A stretch of DNA of 64,000 bases from an uncultured virus (IMG/VR IMGVR_UViG_2061766007_000322) (Duplodnaviria; Heunggongvirae; Uroviricota; Caudoviricetes), in IMG/VR virus record IMGVR_UViG_2061766007_000322. One strand, written 5' to 3'. The position numbers and the translations under genes were made by a program. Positions 36,867 to 48,192 of the stretch are shown here, piece after piece. The notes below the pieces were generated by a model. It did no database searches and was not told the DNA's origin. It worked only from the letters and a program-made list of their open reading frames with translations. Each line of letters begins with the position of its first letter. Position 1 is the first letter of the stretch.

Positions 36867-39800
36867 ATGGCGAATGGTCGTGCAAAAATTGCGACACAAC
36901 ATACGAGCACATCGTGGTTAAATAACGCAATTAAGTCTATAGGACTTTCGGCTAAAAATGTTTTACAAAAAGAATACGCTCCAAATTTATATGAAGCAGT
37001 ATCAAGTGGTGCTAAAACATCTAAAAGTATCGTAAACACATTAAGACGTAATGTTGCTGCAAATAATAGAGTTCAGAATCAATTGGCTAATAATAAGTAT
37101 GTCAAATATGCTCAGACAGCTTATAAAAACGCCTTATACGATTTACGTTCTGGTAATTTTAACAATGAAGAACGAGCTACTAAAGAATTTGAAAGCAGTC
37201 TTGGTTTTGATAATTTAGAAGACTCTCTTGGAGATGATTTTAGCTTTGATGATGATGGTGCTGATGTAGATGTTAATATTATAGGTTCTCAAGCACCTCA
37301 GGATAATAGTGCTATGTTTGCACTTACAGATCAAGTTAGGAAAGGGACAGAAGCTACATTAAAAACAAATCAGGCAAATATGAATGCCATGATTGCAATG
37401 AATTCGGCTTCAATGATGCAGATTCAAACTCTTAGTACGCAGGTAATAGGGGAATTAAATTCAATCAATCAGAATATTTCTGCTATGATTGAATTTAATA
37501 ACACAAATATGAATAAATTTATACAATCAAGTATTGCATTCTATGAAAGAATGGGTACAAGATTTGATAGTGAAGATTCATATGGAAAATCTGAAAAACT
37601 TACTGCCGATCAGGTAATGAACAACAATAAGGGTGGAATTAATTTTTCTACTTATAAAGATTATATAAAGCAGAATTTTAAATCTGTTACAAGTGAAGGT
37701 ACACTTGGTATGCTTAAAGGAGTTTTAGATAGTGATGAAATGATTCAAATGGCTATCTCTAATCCTTTAGGTTTTGCTACAGAGGGTATCATTAAATATA
37801 TGATGCCTAAGCTTGTTACTAATACAATACAAAGTGCTGAAGCGGCATTTTCTTCTTTTTTACCTATGTTACTTAGTCGTGTTGGAGAATGGGGAGAAGA
37901 CCAAGCAACCGGTGTATTTGGTAAAGTTAAACAAGTTATAGGTAAATTATTTGGTTTAAGAATAGAAAAAGATGATAGAACTAATAAGTTTGATATTGCT
38001 GCTACAATTGAAAAAGGTGCCGTACCTTTCGATGGTATTACAAGACATGCTATTGTTGAAGTAATCACTAAAGAACTTCGTGAACAAACTTCATATCTGA
38101 AATCTATTGCGATGAATCAAGGAATAGATGTTGATAAAGCACGTAAATCGGCAGATATCTTTTCATATAAAACTGGTAGTTATGTTAAACAAGAAGATAT
38201 TACAAATAGAATTCTTGATGAAATTCGTAATAGCACTGTAAATGGAATAATGAGTGGTTCATTTGGCAAAGCTCTTCGTGGTGCTGTTACAACAAGTGCT
38301 GATGAAGACACACAAAAGAAATTAAATACCATGATTGATGAATTAGCAGTTCTTCTTGAAAAAAATAGAGCAGGTACAGTATTGCGTGATACAGATGCTT
38401 TTACAAACGAAAATTCAAGATTTAATACAATAATGAATCAATTATCAGGTGCTTCTGATTTAAAAAAATTACTTTCAGGTGTACTTCAGGATATGGTTAA
38501 AAATAATCCAAATTCGGCTAATGATTTAGCAAGATCTGTTTTGTCAGCATCTATGGATAGAAATAAAATTATTAAGTATATTCAAAGCAATCCTCTTGAA
38601 TATAGTTTATATGCTGCAGAACTTGGTGGAAAAGATTTAGATGAACTAATTCTTCAGAGAATGAAATCTACAGATACAGGGACTGTTTTAAAGAATGGTG
38701 AAACCATCGAAACTTTACTCGGGAATTATCAAACGGCACATCCAACAGATAGTAATAAATGGTACTCTAATTTAGCTGGAAACTTTAATGATTGGCTTAG
38801 TACAACCGCCACTAATGATGGTGGAGAGGCATTTTTCAAAAAGCTTATTGGGGATGTTAAAAATGGTGTTCAAGGTGTTATAAGTGGTATCATGAGTGGA
38901 GACTCTGATAAAGCACTTAGATCAATTTTTGAATCAATAACTACTCATATAAAAGGCGTATGGAAATCTGTTGATGAAAATTTTTTAGGACCGATAAAAG
39001 ATAGCTTATTTGGTATTAAAGATACGCAGGGATTTCGTCGTGAAGGTCTTTTATCAGGAATGATTAATGCTGTTAAAGATACAGGATTTATGATCGTTCA
39101 TAGTATTACTGGTAAAGGATATAGATCATCAAGTGGTAAAGTTATTAATGATAAAAAAGAGGATGAAGAAACTGTTGTTGGTAATATCAAGAAAGCTGTA
39201 ATGACATTAGCAAATGGTATTCAAGATAAGAGTAAAGAAATATATGGTGATGTTAAATATAGAAATTTAACTAAAGATGAAGATGAAAATGAAGAAGGAA
39301 TTACTGAAGATGAGAAGCGTGCTCGAAATTATAGAAATAAATTGAGAGAAGCTTATAGAAAAGATACTAAAAATCAAATGTTCTATGATGAAAATGGTAA
39401 AATTCGAGACGCCTTTAAACAAGGCGGTGCTCATGCTATTTTTAAATTTAAACAAGGACAGGATAGAGAAAGTCAGTCTGCTATAGGATTTTTAGTAAAT
39501 TCTTTTAAAGAAGGTTTTATTGGTTGGCAAGAAGCATTCTTTGGAAAAGAATTAACTGATAAAGAAAAAGAAAATATTGCTGAAACAATGCAGACAGAGG
39601 TTAATAAACGTTTACCATCAACTATAACCGGTTCTATAGCTGGTACTGGAATTAGTGCTATGGCTGGTGGAAGTTTATTAGGTACATTAACATACGGACC
39701 TATTGGTGGTGCCGCTATTGGTGCTGCTATTGGTTTTGCATCTAAATCAAAAGAATTCCAGGATTGGTTATTTGGTAAAAAAGATGCAAAAACTGAAGAA

Positions 39801-42800
39801 CGTATGGGTGGATTTATCAGTAAAAACGTTCAAGATTATGTTAAAAAAAATAAAGATTCTTTAGTAGTTGGTGGTACTCTTGGTGCTATAAAAGGTGCTA
39901 TGGGATTTGGATTACTTGGTTCATTACCAGGCATTGGTCAGGGTATTGGAATACTTAATGGTATGGTTGGCGGACCTATAGTGGGTGCATTAATGGGTGT
40001 TGCTGGTACAATATTTACAAAATCTCATATGTTTAAAGAATTCTTATTTGGTGATGAAGAGACTGGACAAAAGGGTATAATAGCATCATTTAAATCTGTA
40101 ATTAATTATATACGTGGTAAAGACCCGGATGATGAAGTATCAGCTGGTAGTAAATTATTTGGAATGAGTGTGATTGGTGCTGGCGGTGGTGCGTTAACCG
40201 CTGCTATGATAGGTAAGCTTGGTATACTTGGTGCATCTTTAACACCTTCAGGTGTTATTGGTGGTGCGTTAGTAGGTCTTGGTCTTGCTATAAGAGCATC
40301 AAAGGATAATTTCAAATCATGGTTATTTGGTGAAAAAGATAAAAACGGTAAAAAAACTCGTGAAGGTATACTTGGACAATTTAGAAATATGATGCTTGTT
40401 AATGTAGTACATCCATTGCGAAATGTTACATTAGATATACTTGATGATGCAAAAATGAAATTTCAAAGTGTTCTTGATACAGTAAGGTGGGCAGTTGAAC
40501 CTTTTGGAACTGCTTTAGCTGATGTTGGTAAAGGCTTGAAAAATCTTGTAACAGGATGGTTTAGTAAAGTTGGTGATGCTTTTAAAGAAAATATCATTAC
40601 ACCTCTTGGTAATTTAATATTTAAACCAATAACAAATGCAATTGGTGCTGTTACAAAAGCGTTATGGTCGTTTGCATCAAATATAGCTATGAGTCCATTT
40701 AGATTGGTTAAAAATCTATTAATAATTGTATCAAATCCGATTGTTCAAGGTATCAAAACAGCTGGAAAAAAAATAGGCGATTTAATTCAAAATAAGATTA
40801 TTGATCCAATAGCATCACGAATCAAAAGTTTTACTTCAAAACTTTTTGGAGGAATAAAAACAATATTGGATTGGACTATAAAAAAGCCTTTTGATCAAAT
40901 TGCAGCATTTGCTACATATGCTACAGATAAAATGCGTGGTGTAGGTAAAGACGATAAAAAATTTGAGTCAGCTAATGGTATAAAAGGTTCTGTATGGGAA
41001 CAAATGAGAGAAAGATTTAAACAAGATAAAGTTAAACGTTATAACAATAAAAAAGCATCACGTGAGCGTAAAATCCGTACAAAAAATGAACAAGCTATTG
41101 CTAAAGCAACAGGTAATCAGAAGATTGAAGATACTGAAGAGAATCGTAGAATAGCCGAAGCTGCCGGTTTCAAAATCAATAGAGATATTGAAGCCGTTAC
41201 AATACAGGAAGAGGCTGATAGAGCTAAAATTGTTGGTACTGTTGAAGAAATAAATACTCATGAAGATAGACAAACTGAACTAATGGAAGAACTTGTAAAT
41301 AGAGTTAGTACAATTTCAGATAATCTTGAGCAAAGAACTCAACAAGATAGTTCAAATCAAGGTAATGGAAAGCGTAGACGTGGTAAAAAGAAAAAAAACG
41401 ATCAGCAAAACACTCAATCTGAAATGAATAATGATATCGAATCTGAAGATAGTTATATAGACGATATACAAAGTAAGATAGCTGAAACTAAACAGAAAAA
41501 AGAAGAAAATACTGTTATTTATAATAATGGTAGAGAATCTTCTAACATGGAAGATATATCCTCAAATAGTCTTACTGGTTCGGAAAAAATTTTACATGAT
41601 ATTTATGCCGCCGGTGGTGCTGGTAAATATATAAAAAACAATGTTACAAACTTTTTTGGTGGAGCTAAAGAAGGATTTAAAAATTCTTGGCTTGGTACTA
41701 AATTTAATGGATTGATGGATAAGTTCAAAGGTAAAGGCTTTGCTGAAGGAACTACATCAACACCTGATAATGAGGCATATCTTGTTGGTGAAAATGGACC
41801 TGAATTAATGACTGGTGCTAATAGAACAGTCATTCCACATGATATAATTGCCCAAGTTTTTGAAGATTATAAATCTCGTAAAAAACAACGTGAAGATGAG
41901 ATAAATAATATGAATAAAGGTCTTCCCGTATTTATTCAGGGTGCTCAACCTGGAATTTTTACAACTATATTAGGTGGATTAAAAAAATTTTTAATAGATA
42001 TACCTTTAAATGTTATTAACGGTGCTAAAAATTCTATAACTGGGCATTTTGCTGTAAGAAAAGCGGTTGACTCATATGTCGATTCTTCTGATGTTATGGG
42101 TGATAGTCAAATTATGCTTGAAGCTCAAACTCTTGGTGGTAGTGATAACCCTGATGAGTTTGGTAATGGTGAAGGTGGTGGAGCATCATTAGCTGGTATA
42201 GCAGCATCGGTTGAAGCATCACATTCTTCTGATGGTGATACTGAAGAAGGTCAAGAGGCTGAAGAAGATGATAAAAGAAATGTTCTTCAAAGAGGTCTTT
42301 CTTTCTTAAAACAGAAGTTTGCTGCAAAAAAAGGTTTAAGTGCTGAAGAACTTAAAGAGCAAGAAGAGAAGCGTAGAGAACGTGAAAATACTGCTGAGAT
42401 TGCTAAAAATACTGGTGAACAGGTTAAATCTCAAAATAAGTTTACTAATGTATGGGAAAGTATATTTAGTAAAAAAGGTCTTATTACAGCAGGTTTAATT
42501 CTTGCAGCTCCATTAATTATAAAACTTATAACTGGATTAAATAAATTTTTTAATACAGATCTTGGAACATTTGCGCAAAATATACTTAGTACTATTGGTA
42601 GCACATTAGGAAATACAGTACAAGATCTTATAGAACTTTTTACAAATGGTGGTCTTGGTGATGGTAAAACTATTGCGGATACGACTACTGAAACGATTAA
42701 TAGATTTGCTGATTTAAACCCATTTGGTGAAAAAGATTATTATAATGATGGTGCTGGTACTTTTGCTATTCTTAATGAAGATGGACGAATTGATAGAATG

Positions 42801-45800
42801 TCTGCTCCTATGGCTAAAGGTTTAGTAAAAGAAGGTGCTAAAGCAACTGGTACTGTAGTTGGTGCTGTTACAAAAGGAGTAACATATGGTAAAGCTGCTA
42901 AAGAACTTTTTAAAACTGGCGGTATAAGTGAAGCTACAAAAGAAACTATAAAAAATTTCAGTGGAAAAAGTTTTTCAAAAATTGGATCAGAAACGATGAT
43001 TAACGGTGGTAAAGATACATTTCTAAAAAATGGTAAAAGTCTTTTTGGAATTGGCAGTAAAACTGCTACAAAAGAAGCTACTGAGGAAGTTGCTAAAGTT
43101 GCCACTAAAGAAATTGTTGAAGGTGCTGCTGAAGGTAGTACTACTATTGCAAGAACTGCTATTAAAAGTAGTGGTGATGGACTACTCACTAAAGTAATAG
43201 GATATGTTAAAGATTTCTTTGGTAAAGTATTTACTAAAGTTGAAGAGTTTGCAGCTAAACACGGCTCAAAAAATGTAAGCAAAGGTATATTTAAAAACCT
43301 TATGGAAAAAGTAACACAATGGCTGTCTAAAAATTTTGGTAAGGTTGGAGCTAAAATAAGCGAATTTTTAGCAACAACAGCAGGACTTGCTGTTACAGTT
43401 GTTGGTTGGCTTGTTAAAGAAGGTATTTGGGTTACTCTTGGTGCATTAGATGGACTTACTGGAACTCGAAAACTATTCCATATAAATAGCGACCCTGATT
43501 GGAAGATGACCGCTATCGCAACACTTCTTGGAGCTTTTGGTGGTACTACAGTAGGTTGTATTATGGATATCATAAATGGAGGTATTTGTGCTGCAACTGG
43601 TCTGGATATATACTGCGAAATGGCCACACTTGTCTATAATTTAATTTCAAGCAAAGAAGATCAGCTTAAATTGAGAGAAGACAAAGAACAGTTTGAAACT
43701 GAATATTATACGTGGGCAGAAGATCAAATGCGAAATCAGTATCAAACTATGAAAAAATATAATCTTTTAAAAGATAAAAACATGACTGAAGACGAGTATG
43801 TTGCTGCAGTTAAATCTGGTAAAGAAGATGCTGCATATATGAGTATCCAAGAATATAATGTCGATAAGCATAAATCTATGTATGATAACATTGTTAATGG
43901 AGTAACAACCGCAGCAACTAAAGTAGGATTCTTTAGTGGATTTGATAAAGATTATGTAAAATATGATGCACAAGGAAATAAATATACAAATAATCATGAT
44001 GGTACATGGACTGTTAATGATAATGAAAATGAGAAAATTTCTGAAGATGTAGTAAAACGTATGGATAATGAAGGTAAAATCACTAAAACGGATGAGAAAT
44101 ATCAAGGATTTCTTCAAAATGTTGGTGATTGGATTGGTAAAGGTTTATTTAACGCAGGTAAAGGTATTGGTGATGGTTTTAACTGGGCTTTTAAAAATAA
44201 AAAAGGTTCAGCATTTGTATTACCAGATGGTTCATATTATGACTTGGACGGTAATCATTATGATTCTAAACATCATCTTATTAAAGCTAAAGAAAGAACT
44301 CTTGATGAATTATTAAAGATGAAATTTATTATGCAAGATGGTAGCTATTATGACGATCAAGGAAATCATTATGATAGTCATGGTAATTTGATTGCAGAAA
44401 AAGAAAAAACTCTTGAACAGCTTAAAAGAGAAAATGCTGATAGAATGGTAAATCTTGAAAAAGATTTCGAAGTCCAAAAATCTGGTTTTGGTCAAATTTT
44501 TAGTGATTTTGGTGATACATGGAGCACTGGTTTTAATAAAATTGGTGGTTGGATTAACGATGTTGGAGATGGTATAGCAAATTCTATTACATGGTTTGGT
44601 GATAACTGGAACACTGGTTTTGACAAAATTAGTGGTTGGATTAAAGATACTGGAGAAACAGTTTGGAATTCTATTACATGGTTTGGAGATAGAATTAAAG
44701 AAGGCTGGGACGTTATAAAAGAAAAAACTGGTGTAAATTGGCTTGGTGATAGATGGAAAGAAGGAATGGGTGCTATTACTGGTAATTATGATAAGAGTTT
44801 TGCTGATTACTGGTTAGATGGTGCTAAATCTATTTTTCATTTTGCTAAAGGTACTGAAAACGCACCCAAAGATGAAGTTGCAATGGTTGGTGAGGAAGGT
44901 CCTGAATTAATGGTAATGAAGGGCGGAGAAAAAGTTTATGCAAATTCAAAACCATTACAGGTAGTTCTTACAGGAGCAACTCAAAATGTTATTGACATGG
45001 TGTCAACTAACAATGAAGAATTGATGAGTAGTCAATATAAGATGATGAAAGATTATAATCTTTCAAATAATCATAAAGGATTAACAAAGGACGAAGCTAT
45101 TAATCGTGTTGCAAACATGATGAAAACTGGTCCAAATGATACACTTGAAAAACGTCTTGCTGAATATAATCTTACGATTGATGATTTTAATAATAGTAAA
45201 TATAGTAATATATTGACATCTGTTAATAAAGAATCAACAGATATTAGCGAATATAATATAGCTAAACATAAAAAAATAATATCTGATATAACTAATCAAT
45301 CTGACAATAGTACAAAACTTATTGATGCGTTTAATAAATATTCAACAAAGAAAGCGTATGAAAATTATTATAATATAAATGAAATGACTAATAATTTATT
45401 TGATAAATTGGATAAAGATGGATATATAGGTACATCATCTGGTAATGAACCAAATCTTGGTAACGGAAAAGTATTGTTTGATCCACAGGGAAATTACTAT
45501 AAAAAAGTTAATAATACTTATAATTATTATAATATTAATGGCGATATTATAAAAAAAGATGTTCCTGTAAAAGAAATTCGTTATAAATTGAATGCAAGTT
45601 TATTACACGTTAATAACGAACCAAAATTTAAAACTGGTGCTAAAAAATCTGTTGAAACTATCAAAACCGTAGTTACAAATACATGGACTGATGTACAAAA
45701 AACTGTAACAAATACTTGGAATTCATTTAAACAATGGATAACTAAATCTTTTTCAAAAAATATGTCAAAGGTTTCTGGTGGTAGTGGTGATAATGACACG

Positions 45801-48119
45801 ACAAACATTTTTGGAGAATCAGTTAATAGTTTATTTACAGACACATTAAATAAAATGGATACGCTGATACCTAAATCAACCACTGGTGGTTCTGGTTCTG
45901 GATTAAAATACTATTCTCAAAATGATCCAAGGTGGAAAAATTTAGCTTATGGAACAGACGGTGCGACTATGGGCGATACTGGTTGTGCACCTGCAGCAAT
46001 GTCTATGGTAGCATCTTCTATGAAGAATAAAAATATTGAACCGAATGAATTCGCAGCACTTGCTGAATATACAGGTATGCGTGATGAAACAGGTACAAAC
46101 TCTAATTTTATAAATATTGCATCGAGTATATATGGTATGAATTCTAATGAAATATTAAATCCCAATGAAGAAAGACTTAAAAATAGTATTTCAGAAGGTC
46201 CTACTATTTTACTTGGTATAGATAAAAATGGTAATAATCCATATACATCAGCAGGACATTATGTTGTTGCAGATGGTTACAATAATGGATATATTAATAT
46301 TAAAGACCCACGTGGTAATGCGTATAATAGACGATATAGTCTGAAAGATGTAGTCAAAAATACAAATACCGCATGGTCGTTCGGTGGTAATAAAATACCT
46401 CAAAAATATAAATATAAATCAATACGTGGTGGTCGTGGTATGAGTCAAAAACGCGAAACATGGCTTAAAATTATACAGGATGTAAAAAAATTATATTCAA
46501 ATTATGGTTACTATAGTCAAAGTGGCAGAGTTTCTATTACATATAATGGCAAAACTCTTAAATGCAGACTGGACTGTAGTGGCTATGTATCAGCATGTAT
46601 GGCGTTTGCAGGTATTATTCGGGATGATCAACAACCGATGGTTATATATAATACTGCTCATGAAAACGGGCATTCAAATACTTGGGGAATGAGTGAAGTA
46701 GGATTTAAACATTATATTTGGGATGGTGACTTAAGTAAACTTTCACCAGGAGATGTAATGAGTAATGAGAACCATACTCAAATATTTGCAGGAGTAGAAA
46801 ACGGTCAACCTATGGTATATAGTGTTGGCGGTGACTGGGAATGTGCACAACCTGGTGCAACACCATGGAGTGGTACTGGTTATAAAAACTTCTGGTCAAT
46901 AGATGGTGTTACATCAAATATTGTATATAACGGCGATTCTACAACAAATACTGTTACAGCTAATTCTAATAATAACTCATCAGGAGTATTTGATAAAATT
47001 ACAAATTGGATGTCTCAATTTACATCAAAAGCTATAAATGGATTATTAACAGGAAATTGGGATACTAATTATGATTTATCAGATGAATCCGCTACATTAG
47101 TATCTACAGATGGAACTGTTAGTGGTGGTACTATTACTGGTTCCACTGATGAAGAAAAAATTTATAATTATTTAAATACAAGTGGATTTACTCCACAAGC
47201 TACAGCAGGTATTATGGGTAATTTTAATAGAGAGTCTGGTCTCAAATCAAATAATCTTGCTGATGATGTAAATAAAAATAAAGGATGGACTGATGAAGAA
47301 TTTACATCAATGGTTGACAATGGTAAAATTAGCAAAAATGATTTTATGACAGCTAAATGGGGTGATTATGGAGACGCGTGGGGATATGGTCTTATGCAAT
47401 GGACTACACATGATCGAAAAGGTAGACTTTACGATAATGCTAAAAGTAGAAACGTGTCTATTGCAGATTTAGCCACACAGCTTGATTTAGCCATGGATGA
47501 AATGAATGAATATTCTGATAAAGGTGTTGCAAAAGGAACATTCATACAGAATCTCAATTCAAAAACAACACCAGAAGATGCTGGTCGTTATTTCCATGAC
47601 CATCTTGAGCGTTCGGCTGATAATGAGCAAGCACTCAAATCTGGTCGTCTCGCATTTGCACGTCAGTTTTATAATAAATATGCTAATGAATCTGGCGGTA
47701 GTGGAACTGGACAACATTCTGCTGAAATTAAAAAAGTTATGTTACATAAACCATCTAATATTAAAAATAATGGTGGACGAGGTAATGATATATCTATATA
47801 TTCAACGTCAACATTATCATCAATTAATGCAAATAAAAAATATATTTCAAATACATCATCTTCAGATATTTCCACAGCAATTAATTATATTATAGAATAT
47901 CTTGAAGCTATAACCAATAATACCGCAGGTGCTAATGATAAGCTTACTGCTCTTAGGAATCTTAGCAATCGTAATCAAATTTATGTCGGAACTACTAATA
48001 ATAATATTAATGGAACACCTGTAAAATCAACAACGGTTGTAAAGAATTCTAATAATGCTCAAGTAAAAGATTCAATTAGTCGTGGTATGCAAATTGCACA
48101 AAAAATAGCTAAAGGCTGA
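36867..48119 (+). CDS. Tape measure protein with C-terminal C39-like peptidase, NlpC/P60-like and phage lysozyme domains
   Basis: 3750 aa; Gly/Ala-rich TM stretches; two FAxGT..VGE.GPEL motifs; YYSQNDPRW..GCAP; LDCSGYVS..H; GIMGNFNRESGL..GLMQWT; AACA-N6-TAA at 36814. Confidence 0.9.
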   Translation: MANGRAKIATQHTSTSWLNNAIKSIGLSAKNVLQKEYAPNLYEAVSSGAKTSKSIVNTLRRNVAANNRVQNQLANNKYVKYAQTAYKNALYDLRSGNFNNEERATKEFESSLGFDNLEDSLGDDFSFDDDGADVDVNIIGSQAPQDNSAMFALTDQVRKGTEATLKTNQANMNAMIAMNSASMMQIQTLSTQVIGELNSINQNISAMIEFNNTNMNKFIQSSIAFYERMGTRFDSEDSYGKSEKLTADQVMNNNKGGINFSTYKDYIKQNFKSVTSEGTLGMLKGVLDSDEMIQMAISNPLGFATEGIIKYMMPKLVTNTIQSAEAAFSSFLPMLLSRVGEWGEDQATGVFGKVKQVIGKLFGLRIEKDDRTNKFDIAATIEKGAVPFDGITRHAIVEVITKELREQTSYLKSIAMNQGIDVDKARKSADIFSYKTGSYVKQEDITNRILDEIRNSTVNGIMSGSFGKALRGAVTTSADEDTQKKLNTMIDELAVLLEKNRAGTVLRDTDAFTNENSRFNTIMNQLSGASDLKKLLSGVLQDMVKNNPNSANDLARSVLSASMDRNKIIKYIQSNPLEYSLYAAELGGKDLDELILQRMKSTDTGTVLKNGETIETLLGNYQTAHPTDSNKWYSNLAGNFNDWLSTTATNDGGEAFFKKLIGDVKNGVQGVISGIMSGDSDKALRSIFESITTHIKGVWKSVDENFLGPIKDSLFGIKDTQGFRREGLLSGMINAVKDTGFMIVHSITGKGYRSSSGKVINDKKEDEETVVGNIKKAVMTLANGIQDKSKEIYGDVKYRNLTKDEDENEEGITEDEKRARNYRNKLREAYRKDTKNQMFYDENGKIRDAFKQGGAHAIFKFKQGQDRESQSAIGFLVNSFKEGFIGWQEAFFGKELTDKEKENIAETMQTEVNKRLPSTITGSIAGTGISAMAGGSLLGTLTYGPIGGAAIGAAIGFASKSKEFQDWLFGKKDAKTEERMGGFISKNVQDYVKKNKDSLVVGGTLGAIKGAMGFGLLGSLPGIGQGIGILNGMVGGPIVGALMGVAGTIFTKSHMFKEFLFGDEETGQKGIIASFKSVINYIRGKDPDDEVSAGSKLFGMSVIGAGGGALTAAMIGKLGILGASLTPSGVIGGALVGLGLAIRASKDNFKSWLFGEKDKNGKKTREGILGQFRNMMLVNVVHPLRNVTLDILDDAKMKFQSVLDTVRWAVEPFGTALADVGKGLKNLVTGWFSKVGDAFKENIITPLGNLIFKPITNAIGAVTKALWSFASNIAMSPFRLVKNLLIIVSNPIVQGIKTAGKKIGDLIQNKIIDPIASRIKSFTSKLFGGIKTILDWTIKKPFDQIAAFATYATDKMRGVGKDDKKFESANGIKGSVWEQMRERFKQDKVKRYNNKKASRERKIRTKNEQAIAKATGNQKIEDTEENRRIAEAAGFKINRDIEAVTIQEEADRAKIVGTVEEINTHEDRQTELMEELVNRVSTISDNLEQRTQQDSSNQGNGKRRRGKKKKNDQQNTQSEMNNDIESEDSYIDDIQSKIAETKQKKEENTVIYNNGRESSNMEDISSNSLTGSEKILHDIYAAGGAGKYIKNNVTNFFGGAKEGFKNSWLGTKFNGLMDKFKGKGFAEGTTSTPDNEAYLVGENGPELMTGANRTVIPHDIIAQVFEDYKSRKKQREDEINNMNKGLPVFIQGAQPGIFTTILGGLKKFLIDIPLNVINGAKNSITGHFAVRKAVDSYVDSSDVMGDSQIMLEAQTLGGSDNPDEFGNGEGGGASLAGIAASVEASHSSDGDTEEGQEAEEDDKRNVLQRGLSFLKQKFAAKKGLSAEELKEQEEKRRERENTAEIAKNTGEQVKSQNKFTNVWESIFSKKGLITAGLILAAPLIIKLITGLNKFFNTDLGTFAQNILSTIGSTLGNTVQDLIELFTNGGLGDGKTIADTTTETINRFADLNPFGEKDYYNDGAGTFAILNEDGRIDRMSAPMAKGLVKEGAKATGTVVGAVTKGVTYGKAAKELFKTGGISEATKETIKNFSGKSFSKIGSETMINGGKDTFLKNGKSLFGIGSKTATKEATEEVAKVATKEIVEGAAEGSTTIARTAIKSSGDGLLTKVIGYVKDFFGKVFTKVEEFAAKHGSKNVSKGIFKNLMEKVTQWLSKNFGKVGAKISEFLATTAGLAVTVVGWLVKEGIWVTLGALDGLTGTRKLFHINSDPDWKMTAIATLLGAFGGTTVGCIMDIINGGICAATGLDIYCEMATLVYNLISSKEDQLKLREDKEQFETEYYTWAEDQMRNQYQTMKKYNLLKDKNMTEDEYVAAVKSGKEDAAYMSIQEYNVDKHKSMYDNIVNGVTTAATKVGFFSGFDKDYVKYDAQGNKYTNNHDGTWTVNDNENEKISEDVVKRMDNEGKITKTDEKYQGFLQNVGDWIGKGLFNAGKGIGDGFNWAFKNKKGSAFVLPDGSYYDLDGNHYDSKHHLIKAKERTLDELLKMKFIMQDGSYYDDQGNHYDSHGNLIAEKEKTLEQLKRENADRMVNLEKDFEVQKSGFGQIFSDFGDTWSTGFNKIGGWINDVGDGIANSITWFGDNWNTGFDKISGWIKDTGETVWNSITWFGDRIKEGWDVIKEKTGVNWLGDRWKEGMGAITGNYDKSFADYWLDGAKSIFHFAKGTENAPKDEVAMVGEEGPELMVMKGGEKVYANSKPLQVVLTGATQNVIDMVSTNNEELMSSQYKMMKDYNLSNNHKGLTKDEAINRVANMMKTGPNDTLEKRLAEYNLTIDDFNNSKYSNILTSVNKESTDISEYNIAKHKKIISDITNQSDNSTKLIDAFNKYSTKKAYENYYNINEMTNNLFDKLDKDGYIGTSSGNEPNLGNGKVLFDPQGNYYKKVNNTYNYYNINGDIIKKDVPVKEIRYKLNASLLHVNNEPKFKTGAKKSVETIKTVVTNTWTDVQKTVTNTWNSFKQWITKSFSKNMSKVSGGSGDNDTTNIFGESVNSLFTDTLNKMDTLIPKSTTGGSGSGLKYYSQNDPRWKNLAYGTDGATMGDTGCAPAAMSMVASSMKNKNIEPNEFAALAEYTGMRDETGTNSNFINIASSIYGMNSNEILNPNEERLKNSISEGPTILLGIDKNGNNPYTSAGHYVVADGYNNGYINIKDPRGNAYNRRYSLKDVVKNTNTAWSFGGNKIPQKYKYKSIRGGRGMSQKRETWLKIIQDVKKLYSNYGYYSQSGRVSITYNGKTLKCRLDCSGYVSACMAFAGIIRDDQQPMVIYNTAHENGHSNTWGMSEVGFKHYIWDGDLSKLSPGDVMSNENHTQIFAGVENGQPMVYSVGGDWECAQPGATPWSGTGYKNFWSIDGVTSNIVYNGDSTTNTVTANSNNNSSGVFDKITNWMSQFTSKAINGLLTGNWDTNYDLSDESATLVSTDGTVSGGTITGSTDEEKIYNYLNTSGFTPQATAGIMGNFNRESGLKSNNLADDVNKNKGWTDEEFTSMVDNGKISKNDFMTAKWGDYGDAWGYGLMQWTTHDRKGRLYDNAKSRNVSIADLATQLDLAMDEMNEYSDKGVAKGTFIQNLNSKTTPEDAGRYFHDHLERSADNEQALKSGRLAFARQFYNKYANESGGSGTGQHSAEIKKVMLHKPSNIKNNGGRGNDISIYSTSTLSSINANKKYISNTSSSDISTAINYIIEYLEAITNNTAGANDKLTALRNLSNRNQIYVGTTNNNINGTPVKSTTVVKNSNNAQVKDSISRGMQIAQKIAKG

Positions 48120-48192
48120 TATTATACACACCGAAAACATTAGGATAATACCAGAATATCTGGTATTATCCTTTGTTTATTTTTAAAAGGAG

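Noticed and set aside
42740..43627. 295-aa antisense ORF and other shadow ORFs in the track
   Set aside because: They lie opposite well-supported genes, have no RBS or promoter, and are explained by codon bias.
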